From NCBI GenBank assembly GCA_017516745.1, contig JAFXBF010000007.1:46079-110078 (forward strand): a stretch of DNA of 64,000 bases, read 5' to 3'. The notes beneath the pieces are model-generated. The model did no database searches and was not told the origin of the DNA. It worked only from the letters and a program-made list of their open reading frames with translations. Both the position numbers and the translations under genes were made by a program. Numbering within the stretch: the first letter of the stretch is position 1; each line of letters opens with the position of its first letter. Shown here piece by piece: positions 19,143-28,412 of this stretch. The DNA comes from Clostridia bacterium. Its GTDB lineage: Bacteria > Bacillota > Clostridia > Oscillospirales > Acutalibacteraceae.

Positions 19143-21329
19143 TCACACAATATAGTTGTGTGTTCCTGCGCCGACTTCGTATTCGCCGTCGGGAAGAGTT
19201 ACCGTTGCGGTACAGCCTTCGGGTACGGTGAAGGTATAAGCGGTTTTACCGTTTTCACGCTTCCACTCGCTCTTTACAAGGCCGTTGCGTGTGTCAACGC
19301 TTGCCTTTACCCAGTCAATGCGGCTGTCTGTATAGGGCTTGAAGAGAATGTGCTTATAGGCAGGGTTCTTTTCGTCAACCTTGATACCTGCCATATCGCC
19401 GTACATCCAGTCGGCAACGGCACCGTAGGCGTAGTGGTTGAAGGAGTTCATATCCGTGCTCCACATTGTGCCGTCCTCACGCATACCGTCCCAATGCTCC
19501 CAGATTGTCGTTGCACCCATTCTGACCGAGAAGAGCCATGACGGATATTCCTCACGCAGAATAAGGTCGTAAGCAGTTTTTACATAGCCGTTATCGGTAA
19601 GTGCGTGGAGAAGATACGGTGTGCCGACAAAGCCTGTTTTGAGGTGTCCGCACTCGGTTACAAGGTCATTAAGCTGTTTTGCAGTTTCGGCAATGTTATC
19701 GGAAATGCCAAAGTGTACGGCAAGGGTTGCGGCAGTCTGTGTTGCGTATTCAGGCTTTACTCTGCCGTTTTCCATAAACATATTACGGAAAGCGATGATT
19801 GAATTCTCACGCTTCGTCTTGTATTCACTTGCATCCTCACCGCAAAGCTCCATAGCCTTGATAAGAATTTCGCTTGAATAGATATAGTAAGCGGTTGCAA
19901 TAAGATCCTTGTTTGTACCGATGTCGCACTTGCCGACATCGCTTGCATCGAGGTTGAGCCAATCGCCGAAATGCCAGCTCTTGCACCAGATGCCGTCAAC
20001 GCTGCTGTATTCGACGTATTCAATATAATTCTTCATTGACTCGAGTGATTCGGCAATGAGGTCTTTATTTGCATAGGACAGATACATCTGCCACGGACAA
20101 ACCGTTACGGCATCAGCCCAGGCGGCAGAGGAATTTTCGTCAACATCGAAAATATCGGGAATTACGTGGGGGATTGTGCCCCAGGGTCTTTGCTCTGCTC
20201 TCAGGTCGGCAAGCCACTTGATGAAGAAGCGTTCAACATCGAAGTTGTAGGCAGCAGCCTTTACGAAAACCTGTGCATCACCCGTCCAGCCGAGTCTTTC
20301 GTCTCGCTGCGGACAGTCTGTGGGCACGTCGAGATAGTTGCCCTTCTGACCCCATATAACGTTGTGATAGAGCTTGTTGAGCATTTCGCTTGAGCACTCA
20401 AAGTGACCCGTGCGCTTTAATTCGGAATGAACAACTATAGCCGTGAAGTTTTCAAGTTTCACTTCATCGCTCCAGTTTTCGAGCTTTATGTAACGGAAGC
20501 CGAAGAAATCGAAATCGGGCTTGCAGATATGCTCCTCACCGTCACAGACAAAGCAAGCCTGTGCCTTTGCGGCACGGAGATTATCTCTGTAGAAGTTGCC
20601 TTCGGCATCGAGCACCTCACCGTGGTGAATAACAGCGGTTTCGCCCTTGTTGCCCTTGATTTTGAATTCAACATAACCCGTGAGATTCTGACCGAAGTCA
20701 ACAACGGTTTCACCCTTGGGCGTGATAATTATTTCCTTTGCGGGAAGTCTTTCCTGCTCAATAACCTTTTCGCCCTGACGGTCAAGAAGAATCTTATTGT
20801 TATGAGGGAATGCAACAGCCTTCATCGGCTCTGCATCAACAAAATTCGGGTCGTATGTATAGCCGTTGTAAAGGTCGGTTGAAATGAATTTACCGAACTC
20901 AGCCGTCCAGCTTGAATCGGTATAAATAACCTCGCTTGTGCCGTCGGCATATTCAAGGGTGAGGGCGGCAATAAGTGCCGTTTCACGCACGCCGAGGAAA
21001 TAGCCTGCGGCACGCTCGTTACCCGTAAAATATCTGCCCTTCCAGCCGGGGCCGACACCGATTGAAACTGTATTATTCTCTTTGAGCATAGCGGTTACAT
21101 CGTAGGTTTCGACCTGCAGACGCTTCTGGTAGGCAGTCCAGCCCGGTGCAAGGACATAGTCCCCCACTCTTTCGCCGTTGATGTCAACAACATATACGCC
21201 CAGTGCAGTTGCCTCAAGGCTTGCGCTGACAAGGTCTTTTTTCACCTCAAAGCTCTTTGTGTAGCGGATTTCACACTCCTTACAGAGCTTGGGGCTTTTA
21301 ATCCATTGTGCGTTGGTAATGTTTTTCAT
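19143..21329 (-). CDS. Alpha-L-rhamnosidase (GH78)
   Basis: 728 aa. The N-terminal rhamnosidase pattern (A.LEATALGVYVVDINGERVGDYVLAPGWT.Y..RLQ...YDVT) and the six-hairpin region (DCPQRDERLGWTGD) fit GH78. Confidence 0.9.
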   Translation of the reverse strand: MKNITNAQWIKSPKLCKECEIRYTKSFEVKKDLVSASLEATALGVYVVDINGERVGDYVLAPGWTAYQKRLQVETYDVTAMLKENNTVSIGVGPGWKGRYFTGNERAAGYFLGVRETALIAALTLEYADGTSEVIYTDSSWTAEFGKFISTDLYNGYTYDPNFVDAEPMKAVAFPHNNKILLDRQGEKVIEQERLPAKEIIITPKGETVVDFGQNLTGYVEFKIKGNKGETAVIHHGEVLDAEGNFYRDNLRAAKAQACFVCDGEEHICKPDFDFFGFRYIKLENWSDEVKLENFTAIVVHSELKRTGHFECSSEMLNKLYHNVIWGQKGNYLDVPTDCPQRDERLGWTGDAQVFVKAAAYNFDVERFFIKWLADLRAEQRPWGTIPHVIPDIFDVDENSSAAWADAVTVCPWQMYLSYANKDLIAESLESMKNYIEYVEYSSVDGIWCKSWHFGDWLNLDASDVGKCDIGTNKDLIATAYYIYSSEILIKAMELCGEDASEYKTKRENSIIAFRNMFMENGRVKPEYATQTAATLAVHFGISDNIAETAKQLNDLVTECGHLKTGFVGTPYLLHALTDNGYVKTAYDLILREEYPSWLFSVRMGATTIWEHWDGMREDGTMWSTDMNSFNHYAYGAVADWMYGDMAGIKVDEKNPAYKHILFKPYTDSRIDWVKASVDTRNGLVKSEWKRENGKTAYTFTVPEGCTATVTLPDGEYEVGAGTHNYIV

Positions 21330-21347
21330 TATTTATTACCTCCTAAA

Positions 21348-23249
21348 TTATTCAAGCTTGTTCTGGGTTTCTTCCCATTCTTCAAGCAGAAGTTCAAGTT
21401 TTGTGTTGAGCTCGTCTATTCTTGCGGTGAGCTCTATAACCTTTTCAAAGTCTGCCGCAGTTTCGGGCTTTTCAAGCTCTGACTGTGCCGAGTTTATTTC
21501 TTCCTCGGTCTTTGCTATTTCAGCCTCAACCCTTCGGCAGGCAGCTGCAAGCTTGCGCTTTTCGCTATCCTTGAGCTTTCGCTGTTTATAGCCGTCCTCT
21601 TTTATTTCCTTCTCCTTGGGCTGTGCGGCCTGCTGCGCCTTTATGGCTTCAAGACGTGCAAGGTATTCATCGTAATCGTTGCCGAAATCCTCCGCACCGT
21701 TTCTGCCAAGGCGGAGAATACGGGTGGAAAGCTTATTTATAAAATAACGGTCGTGCGAAACAATCAGCATAGTGCCGTCGTAGTCAAGTAGTGCATCCTC
21801 AAGTGCTTCACGGGAGCTGATATCAAGGTGGTTTGTCGGCTCGTCAAGCAGCAGCAGATTATAGCCGCCGAGCATTAATTTAAGCATAGCAAGCCTCGCC
21901 TTTTCGCCGCCGCTCAAATCGCCTACCCTTGCAAAAACATCGTCACCCCTGAAAAGGAAGGCGGCAAGTGCACTGCGCACCTCGGTCTGACTTAATCTGC
22001 GGTACTGGTCCCACACCTCGTCAAGCACGGTTTTATCCTCGTGCAGACCTTCAAGCGACTGGTCAAAATAGCCTACCCTTACATTTTCGCCGAATTTGCG
22101 TATACCTGCCTGAGGGATATACTGACCAACCAGCACACGCAAAAAGGTTGTTTTGCCGCAGCCGTTTGCACCGAGCAGAAATGCACGCTCACCTTTTTTG
22201 ATAAGCAAATCGACATTTTCAAACAGAGGCTCTGCGCCAAAGCCCTTTGTTAACCCTTGAGTTATAAGCACATCGTTACCCGTTTCGACAAGGGTGCCGA
22301 ATTTGAATTTCAGCGTTGCCTCGTCCGACTCGGGCTTTTCAAGCCCGTCAAGCAAGCGGTCGATTGATTTCTGCTTATGCTCTGCTGTTCGGATATTTCG
22401 CTCTCTGTTCCATTGCTTTTGCTGTTCGATTATTTTTTCTATTCTGTGAACCTCCGCCATTGTGTTGTCGTAATGGCGCTGTTCGATTAGTTTGTCCTTT
22501 TCCTTCTGCTCGATAAACTTCGTGTAGCCGCCGTTATAAATGCGCATTCTGCGGTGCTCAATTTCCATTGTGCGTGTTGTGACACGGTCAAGAAAATAAC
22601 GGTCGTGCGAAATAATCAGCGCCGCACCCTTATAATCCGAAAGGAAGTTTTCGAGCCACTCCACGCTGTCGATATCAAGGTGGTTTGTCGGCTCGTCCAG
22701 CAGCAGCAAATCGGGCGAAGAAAGCAACAGCTTGCCGAGGCTCAGCTTTGAACGCTGACCTCCGCTCAATCTGTCACAGGCGAGTGTATGCATTTCAACA
22801 GGAAAGCCGAGACCCGTGAGCATTGATTTTGCACGGCTTTTATAGGTTAAGCCGCCGTCACGCTCGTACTTTTCGTGCAGGCGAAGCTGCTCGTCAATCA
22901 GAGCGTCAATATCGCCACCCTTATCTATAAGGCGGTTTAACTGCTCGAGACGGATTTCGATTTGCATAAGCGGCTCGAAAACGGTGAGAACTTCATCGTA
23001 AATGCTTCTGACCGAATTGCGGCAGGCGTGCTGCTCCATATATCCCACAACGGTGTTTTTTCCAGGGTGTATTTCGCCCGAGGTAGGCTGCTCCTGACCC
23101 AAAACGAGGCGGAAAAGAGTGGTCTTGCCTGTGCCGTTTGCACCGATTAAGCCGACACGCTCGCCTTCTTTTATATCAAAGGAAACCTTGTCAAAAAGCA
23201 CACGGTCGCCAAAGGACATATTCAAGTTTTGTGCTGATAATACTGCCAT
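21348..23249 (-). CDS. ABC-F family ATPase (two ABC domains, C-terminal coiled coil)
   Basis: Two Walker A motifs (GANGTGKTT, GANGCGKTT) and two LSGG signatures. No TM domain is present. Confidence 0.9.
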   Translation of the reverse strand: MAVLSAQNLNMSFGDRVLFDKVSFDIKEGERVGLIGANGTGKTTLFRLVLGQEQPTSGEIHPGKNTVVGYMEQHACRNSVRSIYDEVLTVFEPLMQIEIRLEQLNRLIDKGGDIDALIDEQLRLHEKYERDGGLTYKSRAKSMLTGLGFPVEMHTLACDRLSGGQRSKLSLGKLLLSSPDLLLLDEPTNHLDIDSVEWLENFLSDYKGAALIISHDRYFLDRVTTRTMEIEHRRMRIYNGGYTKFIEQKEKDKLIEQRHYDNTMAEVHRIEKIIEQQKQWNRERNIRTAEHKQKSIDRLLDGLEKPESDEATLKFKFGTLVETGNDVLITQGLTKGFGAEPLFENVDLLIKKGERAFLLGANGCGKTTFLRVLVGQYIPQAGIRKFGENVRVGYFDQSLEGLHEDKTVLDEVWDQYRRLSQTEVRSALAAFLFRGDDVFARVGDLSGGEKARLAMLKLMLGGYNLLLLDEPTNHLDISSREALEDALLDYDGTMLIVSHDRYFINKLSTRILRLGRNGAEDFGNDYDEYLARLEAIKAQQAAQPKEKEIKEDGYKQRKLKDSEKRKLAAACRRVEAEIAKTEEEINSAQSELEKPETAADFEKVIELTARIDELNTKLELLLEEWEETQNKLE

Positions 23250-23295
23250 AGTTACTCCAGATTACAGTTTGTCTGTGACAAACTGTTAATGAAAA

Positions 23296-23372
23296 ATGAA
23301 TAATGAAGCCGCTTACGCTGATGAATAATGAATAATATTTTTCGGGTGCGCGTGTCCCGCCCACAATTATTC
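23296..23372. repeat. AATGAATAATGAA-type A/T repeat plus a TGTGGG-type hairpin (reverse orientation)
   Basis: GAATAATGAA copies lie at 23298-23307 and 23323-23332, with another GAATAATGAATAA at 24386-24398 on the other side of manA. Confidence 0.4.
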
Positions 23373-23395
23373 ATTAGCAACGATTTATTGTTGCA

Positions 23396-24361
23396 TTAAA
23401 CTCTGCTCTCTAAAATTTCTACCTTGCCCTCAACAACGTACTCTCCTGCATTTGCGGGTACGAATACGCCGTCGCCTTTTGCGATATCCAGAGTAGCACC
23501 GCCGCAGGAAATTCTGCCGCAGCCGTCTAAAATCATAATATGTACAAAGGAATTTTCATCGGCAAGGCTCTTGTATGTGCCGTCGATTTCAACTCTGTTC
23601 ACGCTGAAAAGCTCAAAGCTGACAAGCTCGGTTTTTGTTGCACCGTCAAGCTTTTCTGTCTTTGTGAGTGTGGGAATTGACGGGCACGGAGGCTCACACT
23701 TGGTAACGTCAAGCGTTTCCTTGATGTGAAGCGGTCTCGGGCCGTTGCACTTTGCATCAAAGCGGTTATAGTCATACGCTCTGAAGGTGACATTTGAATT
23801 CTGCTGCACCTCGGCAAGCAGTATGCCCTTGCAGATAGCGTGGAGTGTGCCTGCCTCGATAAAGAAGAAATCGCCCTTCTTTACTTCAACGAAGTTGACA
23901 ACATCCTCAATCTTGTTTTCTTCAATTGCCTTTGCAAATTCCTCGGTTGTGATTTTCTCCTTGAAGCCGTAGATAATTCTTGCGCCCGGCTCACAGTCCA
24001 TAATATACCAGCACTCGGTTTTACCGAAGCCGCCGTTGTAGGCTTGTGCATATTCATCGTCGGGGTGCACCTGAACTGAAAGGTCGTCCGCCGCATCAAT
24101 GAATTTTATTAAAATCGGGAAATCGTCAAAATTTTCTGCATTTTTGCCGAGGATGCCCTTGCCTGCCTTTTCGATAATTTCGGGCATAGTAAGTCCGTCA
24201 TACTCGCCGCCGCAGGCCTTCGACTCAAAATCCTTGAAGCAGGAAAGCATCCACGCCTCGGCACAGTTTTCAAGGTCTGTTTTGACGTTATAGTTTTCAA
24301 TAAGCTTTCTGCCGCCCCAGATAGTGCGTACCGCAAAGGGCGTAAGTTTTGTGATATTCAT
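23396..24361 (-). CDS. manA: Mannose-6-phosphate isomerase, class I
   Basis: 321 aa with the cupin Zn-site motif LSVQVHPDD and AGTLHA. Confidence 0.88.
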   Translation of the reverse strand: MNITKLTPFAVRTIWGGRKLIENYNVKTDLENCAEAWMLSCFKDFESKACGGEYDGLTMPEIIEKAGKGILGKNAENFDDFPILIKFIDAADDLSVQVHPDDEYAQAYNGGFGKTECWYIMDCEPGARIIYGFKEKITTEEFAKAIEENKIEDVVNFVEVKKGDFFFIEAGTLHAICKGILLAEVQQNSNVTFRAYDYNRFDAKCNGPRPLHIKETLDVTKCEPPCPSIPTLTKTEKLDGATKTELVSFELFSVNRVEIDGTYKSLADENSFVHIMILDGCGRISCGGATLDIAKGDGVFVPANAGEYVVEGKVEILESRV

Positions 24362-24482
24362 AAATTCGTCTCCTTAACCATTATTGAATAATGAATAAAT
24401 GCAAGAATAATTGTCCATTATCATTACATAAAAATGTTATACAATGTGCAATTTATAAAATGTGTGATTGAAAGGACATATT

Positions 24483-24725
24483 ATGGCTGCTTTAATTGAT
24501 TTATTGAACCGCAAAAAGGCTGATGAAGAAAACATAAATCTGATTAATGAAATTCAGGACATCAGCCGTGCACTTGAAAGAGCATACGAGCGCTTTGAGC
24601 TGCAAAGCGACAGCGACCTTGTAGAGGCAACGATTTTTGAAATTGAAGCGCTCAAGGCACGCTACAGGTATATGCTGGCACTTGCAAAAGAGCAAAACCT
24701 GACAGCACAGGGAAAGAGGGAATAA
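24483..24725 (+). CDS. yaaL: YaaL-like DUF2508 protein
   Basis: 80 aa, helical, with the start at ATG 24483 six nt after AAAGGA. It lies immediately upstream of bofA, as in Bacillus. Confidence 0.65.
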   Translation: MAALIDLLNRKKADEENINLINEIQDISRALERAYERFELQSDSDLVEATIFEIEALKARYRYMLALAKEQNLTAQGKRE

Positions 24726-24726
24726 A

Positions 24727-24990
24727 ATGAAAGCTACGACAGTTGTTATAATCTTTGCCGCAGTATGCGTTCTTACAATGCTGACGGTAATGCTCAAAAG
24801 AAAGTGCCTTTTCAAGGGGCTTTTCGCCACGGTTTTCCAAGGCGTAGCCGCACTTTATGCGGTAAAGCTGATAGGGCTTGCGACGGGAATAAGCATAGCG
24901 GTAAACTGGTACACGCTCGGCACGGCGGCTGTTTTAGGCTCACCGGGTGTTGCGCTCATCCTTGCCGCAGAGGCTATATTTATGCGCTGA
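24727..24990 (+). CDS. bofA: Pro-sigma-K processing inhibitor BofA
   Basis: 87 aa with two hydrophobic helices; GLATGISIAVNWYTLGTAAVLGSPGV is BofA-like. Confidence 0.72.
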   Translation: MKATTVVIIFAAVCVLTMLTVMLKRKCLFKGLFATVFQGVAALYAVKLIGLATGISIAVNWYTLGTAAVLGSPGVALILAAEAIFMR

Positions 24991-27178
24991 TTACATATTC
25001 CTTATCTGCTTCAAGTGCACAATCTCTGATTTCGCCGTTGATTTCTACCTTGACTGTCTGTGCAGACTTTGAAACGAGTGCGCAGGAAATAACCTTACCG
25101 TCCTTGAAAGCGGCGGAAACTTCAATATCGCCTCTTGCCTTAAGGCCATTGAAAGAGCCCGAGAGGAAGGAAGCGGTTGCAGGAAGCAGGGAAATTACGC
25201 CCTCGTGGCTTTGCATAAGCATTTCACCTATGCCTGCCGCACCGCCGAAGTTGCCGTCAATCTGGAAGGGCGGATGAGTGTCGAAAAGGTTGGGCAGGGT
25301 TGAGCGTGTGAAAAGCAGCCTTATATGGTTATACGCCTCGTTGCCGTCACGCAATCTTGCAAAAAGGTTGATAAGCCATGCTCTGCTCCAGCCCGTGTGA
25401 CCGCCGCCGTTGGCAAGTCTGCGGTTGAGAGTAACTCTTATCGCCTTGTAAAGCTCGGGTGTATTTCTCGTAATCTGTGCAGAAGGATAAAGGCCGAAGG
25501 CGTGAGAAATGTGACGGTGTCCGGGGTCTTCCTCGTCGTAATCCTCAATCCATTCCATAAGCTGGCCGTGCTTGCCGACCTGCATAGGCGGAATTTTCAC
25601 AAGTGCGGCCTTTACCTTTTCAGCCGTTTCGGTTTCCATTCCGAGAAGCTTTTCGGTTTCAAGGTAGAATTCAAAGAGCCCTGTTACAATCTGTCTGTCC
25701 ATTGTGGGTGCCATGCACATTGTGACAGGCTTACCGTCCTCACCGATATATTCGTTTTCGGGTGAAGCGGAGGGACCTGTGAGAAGTCTGCCCTGAGAGT
25801 CTTCAACCATATAATCAAGGAAGAAATCAACACAGGCCTTGATGTATTCATAGGCTTCATTTTTAAGGAAGGCAAGGTCACGGGTGTAGAGGAAATGCTC
25901 CCACATATGGAAGGCAAGCCACGCACCGCCTACGGGCCAAAGACCCCATACACCGTCCGCAGGGCCGTTGAAGCCATAGATGTCACTAAGGTGGTGGGTA
26001 ACAGTACCGTTACAGCCGTAGTAATCCTGTGCCGCCTTTCTGCCGCCTTCAAGAAGATTAGTATTCATATAGTCAAACAACGGCTTTGTGCACTCGCTGA
26101 TATTCGCCTGTTCAGCCTGCCAGTAGTTCATTTGAAGATTGATATTGGTGTGGTAGTCCGCATTCCACGGGTTCTGCATTCTTTCGCCCCACACACCCTG
26201 GAGGTTTGCAGGAAGAGAACCGGGTCGGCTTGAGCCGACAAGCAAATATTTGCCGAACTGCCAGTAAAGTGACATCAGACCGAAGTCCGTTGCCTTATCG
26301 TCCTTCTTAAGTCTTTCAAGTCTTTTGTCAACGGGCAGCTTTTCAAGAGCTTCATCCGCCTCAAAGCATACATCACTGCGCTCCATAATTGAAGAGAAGC
26401 TCTTAATATGTTCAGCCTTTATTGCTTCGTAATCAAAATCTTTACTCAGCTTTTCTACGCAGGCTGTTCTGTAGTTTTTGTCAGTATTATCGGAAACAAT
26501 GTTTATGTAAATCACAGCGGTGCTTGCGTTTTCAACACGCAGGCTGTCTTTCTTTGCGGTAACCTCACCGTCGGTGTCAACCTTTGCCGCAACGCAGAAG
26601 GCGTGAGTTTTGTGTGCGGTATCACAGCAGGCAACAAGCTTGCTGCCGACTGCCGTTTTTTCGGTAACAAGGTCACGGTCGTAGGTAATACCAAAAGAAG
26701 AAGGTGCGGAGAAGCTGAATTTAATAACCATCAGCTTTTCCTCATAAGAAACAAAGCACTCCTCAACCGTTTCCACATCCTTTTTTGTGTAGCTGACGGT
26801 TGCAACGCCTTTATTGAGATTGAGGTCACGGCGGTAATTCTTCGGCTTTGATTTATCGTCAAACTCAACATTAAGTCTGCCTGCAACCTCAAAGGAAGCG
26901 ATAACATTGAAATCGTTTTCAAGGTTTTCCTCTGCCCACTTTGCCGCCTCAAAATTCTTGCCCTCGAGGAAGAGCGAACGGATATACGCAATTTTTTCTT
27001 TGAAATCACCTGCAGGCTTCATTTCGGTAGGCTCATCCCATACGGTTTCCTCGTTGAGAACAAAAAGCTCGCTGTCCGTTCTGCCGAAAACGCTCAAACC
27101 CATTGAGCCGTTGCCGAGGGGCGTACAATTTTCCCACTTATCCGCCGCATTTTCAAGATGAAGGATGTAATCTTTCAT
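24980..27178 (-). CDS. Alpha-L-fucosidase, GH95 family
   Basis: The N-terminal W.N..PLGNGSMG..VFG....E...LNEETVWD pattern is typical of GH95. 732 aa, no signal peptide. Confidence 0.85.
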   Translation of the reverse strand: MKDYILHLENAADKWENCTPLGNGSMGLSVFGRTDSELFVLNEETVWDEPTEMKPAGDFKEKIAYIRSLFLEGKNFEAAKWAEENLENDFNVIASFEVAGRLNVEFDDKSKPKNYRRDLNLNKGVATVSYTKKDVETVEECFVSYEEKLMVIKFSFSAPSSFGITYDRDLVTEKTAVGSKLVACCDTAHKTHAFCVAAKVDTDGEVTAKKDSLRVENASTAVIYINIVSDNTDKNYRTACVEKLSKDFDYEAIKAEHIKSFSSIMERSDVCFEADEALEKLPVDKRLERLKKDDKATDFGLMSLYWQFGKYLLVGSSRPGSLPANLQGVWGERMQNPWNADYHTNINLQMNYWQAEQANISECTKPLFDYMNTNLLEGGRKAAQDYYGCNGTVTHHLSDIYGFNGPADGVWGLWPVGGAWLAFHMWEHFLYTRDLAFLKNEAYEYIKACVDFFLDYMVEDSQGRLLTGPSASPENEYIGEDGKPVTMCMAPTMDRQIVTGLFEFYLETEKLLGMETETAEKVKAALVKIPPMQVGKHGQLMEWIEDYDEEDPGHRHISHAFGLYPSAQITRNTPELYKAIRVTLNRRLANGGGHTGWSRAWLINLFARLRDGNEAYNHIRLLFTRSTLPNLFDTHPPFQIDGNFGGAAGIGEMLMQSHEGVISLLPATASFLSGSFNGLKARGDIEVSAAFKDGKVISCALVSKSAQTVKVEINGEIRDCALEADKEYVISA

Positions 27179-27190
27179 ATCATAAACCTC

Positions 27191-28036
27191 TCAATAAATA
27201 ATTTCTTTTATTTGTTCAAGCACGCTGTAGGGAATTGCCATATTCCCCGTGCCCTTGCCGATTGAAATGTGGGGCTTCATTGCGGCGTGAAAATCCGTAC
27301 CGCCGCTTATTTTCAGCCCGTACCTTTTTGCCATAGCCTGAAACTTTTCCTGCATTTCTTCGTCGTAATCAGTATAATAACCTTCCAATCCGTCAAGCCC
27401 GTATGATTTGAGCTCTTCAAGATATTTTTCCAACCTCTCATCGGAAATTTTAATGAGGTGAGGGTGAGCAAGAAAAGCAACACCGCCTGCGGAATGTATG
27501 GCTTCAATTGCGGTTTTCGCCTCTAACTTCTGGTTGCCGAAATAGGCAGGCTTACCCGAAGAAAGATATTTTTCAAACGCTTCCTTAACGGAAGAAACAT
27601 AGCCCTTGTTCATCATAACACGGGCAAAATGCGCCCTGCCGACTATGCCGCCCGGTGCAAGCGAGGCGGCCTCTTCAAGTGCGACATCGAAGCCGAGGTC
27701 TTTAAGAAGCTTTGCTGTCATTACATTGCGCTCAATCCGCTTTTCGATAATCTCGCCGAGAATTTCTTTTAATCTGGGGTTATGAATATCAATAAAGTAG
27801 CCGAGAATATGTGTTTCCGTTTGGGATTTAACGGAAAATTCAATTGCGGGCACAACCTCAACGCCGTACCTTTCCCCTGCTCTGACTGCTTCTTCAACAC
27901 CGCTGACGGTGTCGTGGTCGGTCAGCGCTATTGCACAGATTCCATTTTCTGCTGCGTGCTTTACCAGTTCGGTCGGTGTCATTGACCCGTCCGAACAGGT
28001 TGAATGGGTGTGCAAATCAATTAATTTGTTTTTCAT
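27191..28036 (-). CDS. PHP-domain phosphoesterase (TrpH/YciV-like)
   Basis: IDLHTHSTCSDGSMTP....AIALTDHDT at the N-terminus. Confidence 0.85.
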   Translation of the reverse strand: MKNKLIDLHTHSTCSDGSMTPTELVKHAAENGICAIALTDHDTVSGVEEAVRAGERYGVEVVPAIEFSVKSQTETHILGYFIDIHNPRLKEILGEIIEKRIERNVMTAKLLKDLGFDVALEEAASLAPGGIVGRAHFARVMMNKGYVSSVKEAFEKYLSSGKPAYFGNQKLEAKTAIEAIHSAGGVAFLAHPHLIKISDERLEKYLEELKSYGLDGLEGYYTDYDEEMQEKFQAMAKRYGLKISGGTDFHAAMKPHISIGKGTGNMAIPYSVLEQIKEIIY

Positions 28037-28159
28037 AAAAACCCACCTTTTTCAAATAAATATACTATCAAAAATATATAGAATTTGCAATACCAATTTG
28101 AATATTCCCGACAAAAACTTTAGCGCTTGAAAGCGATAAAGTTATTTTTGCAAAAAGTA

Positions 28160-28188
28160 TTGACATTCAAAAATCACGGGTGTATAAT
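28160..28188 (+). promoter_or_regulatory. Consensus extended -10 promoter of the aro operon
   Basis: TTGACA (28160-28165), a 17-nt spacer ending in TG, then TATAAT (28183-28188). Confidence 0.7.
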
Positions 28189-28221
28189 GCAGACAATCTT
28201 TGATAAGGGAGACGCAGTATT

Positions 28222-28290
28222 ATGCTTTGCAAAACAAATGCAACTGCATACAGCTTTTTTTACTTTTACTTTTATTTTAATGAGAAATAA
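28222..28290 (+). CDS. Candidate leader peptide MLCKTNATAYSFFYFYFYFNEK
   Basis: SD AAGGGAG (28205-28211) lies 10 nt before the ATG. In this 22-codon ORF, 9 of 10 consecutive codons (28249-28278) are Phe or Tyr. Confidence 0.6.
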   Translation: MLCKTNATAYSFFYFYFYFNEK

Positions 28291-28351
28291 ATAGTAGAAG
28301 TGATTTTTGCTGCGCCTTAATTCAAAGGCATATCATAAAAGCGATTTTTAA

Positions 28352-28393
28352 AGAGCTTTGCAGTAAATTCACTGCAAGGCTCTTGAATTTTTT
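28352..28393 (+). terminator. Leader terminator (attenuator) upstream of aroF
   Basis: 13-bp stem AGAGCTTTGCAGT / ACTGCAAGGCTCT with one G-U pair and loop AAATTC, followed by TGAATTTTTTATT. It ends 20 nt before ATG 28413. Confidence 0.75.
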
Positions 28394-28412
28394 ATTGAAA
28401 GGTGTTTTAAAA

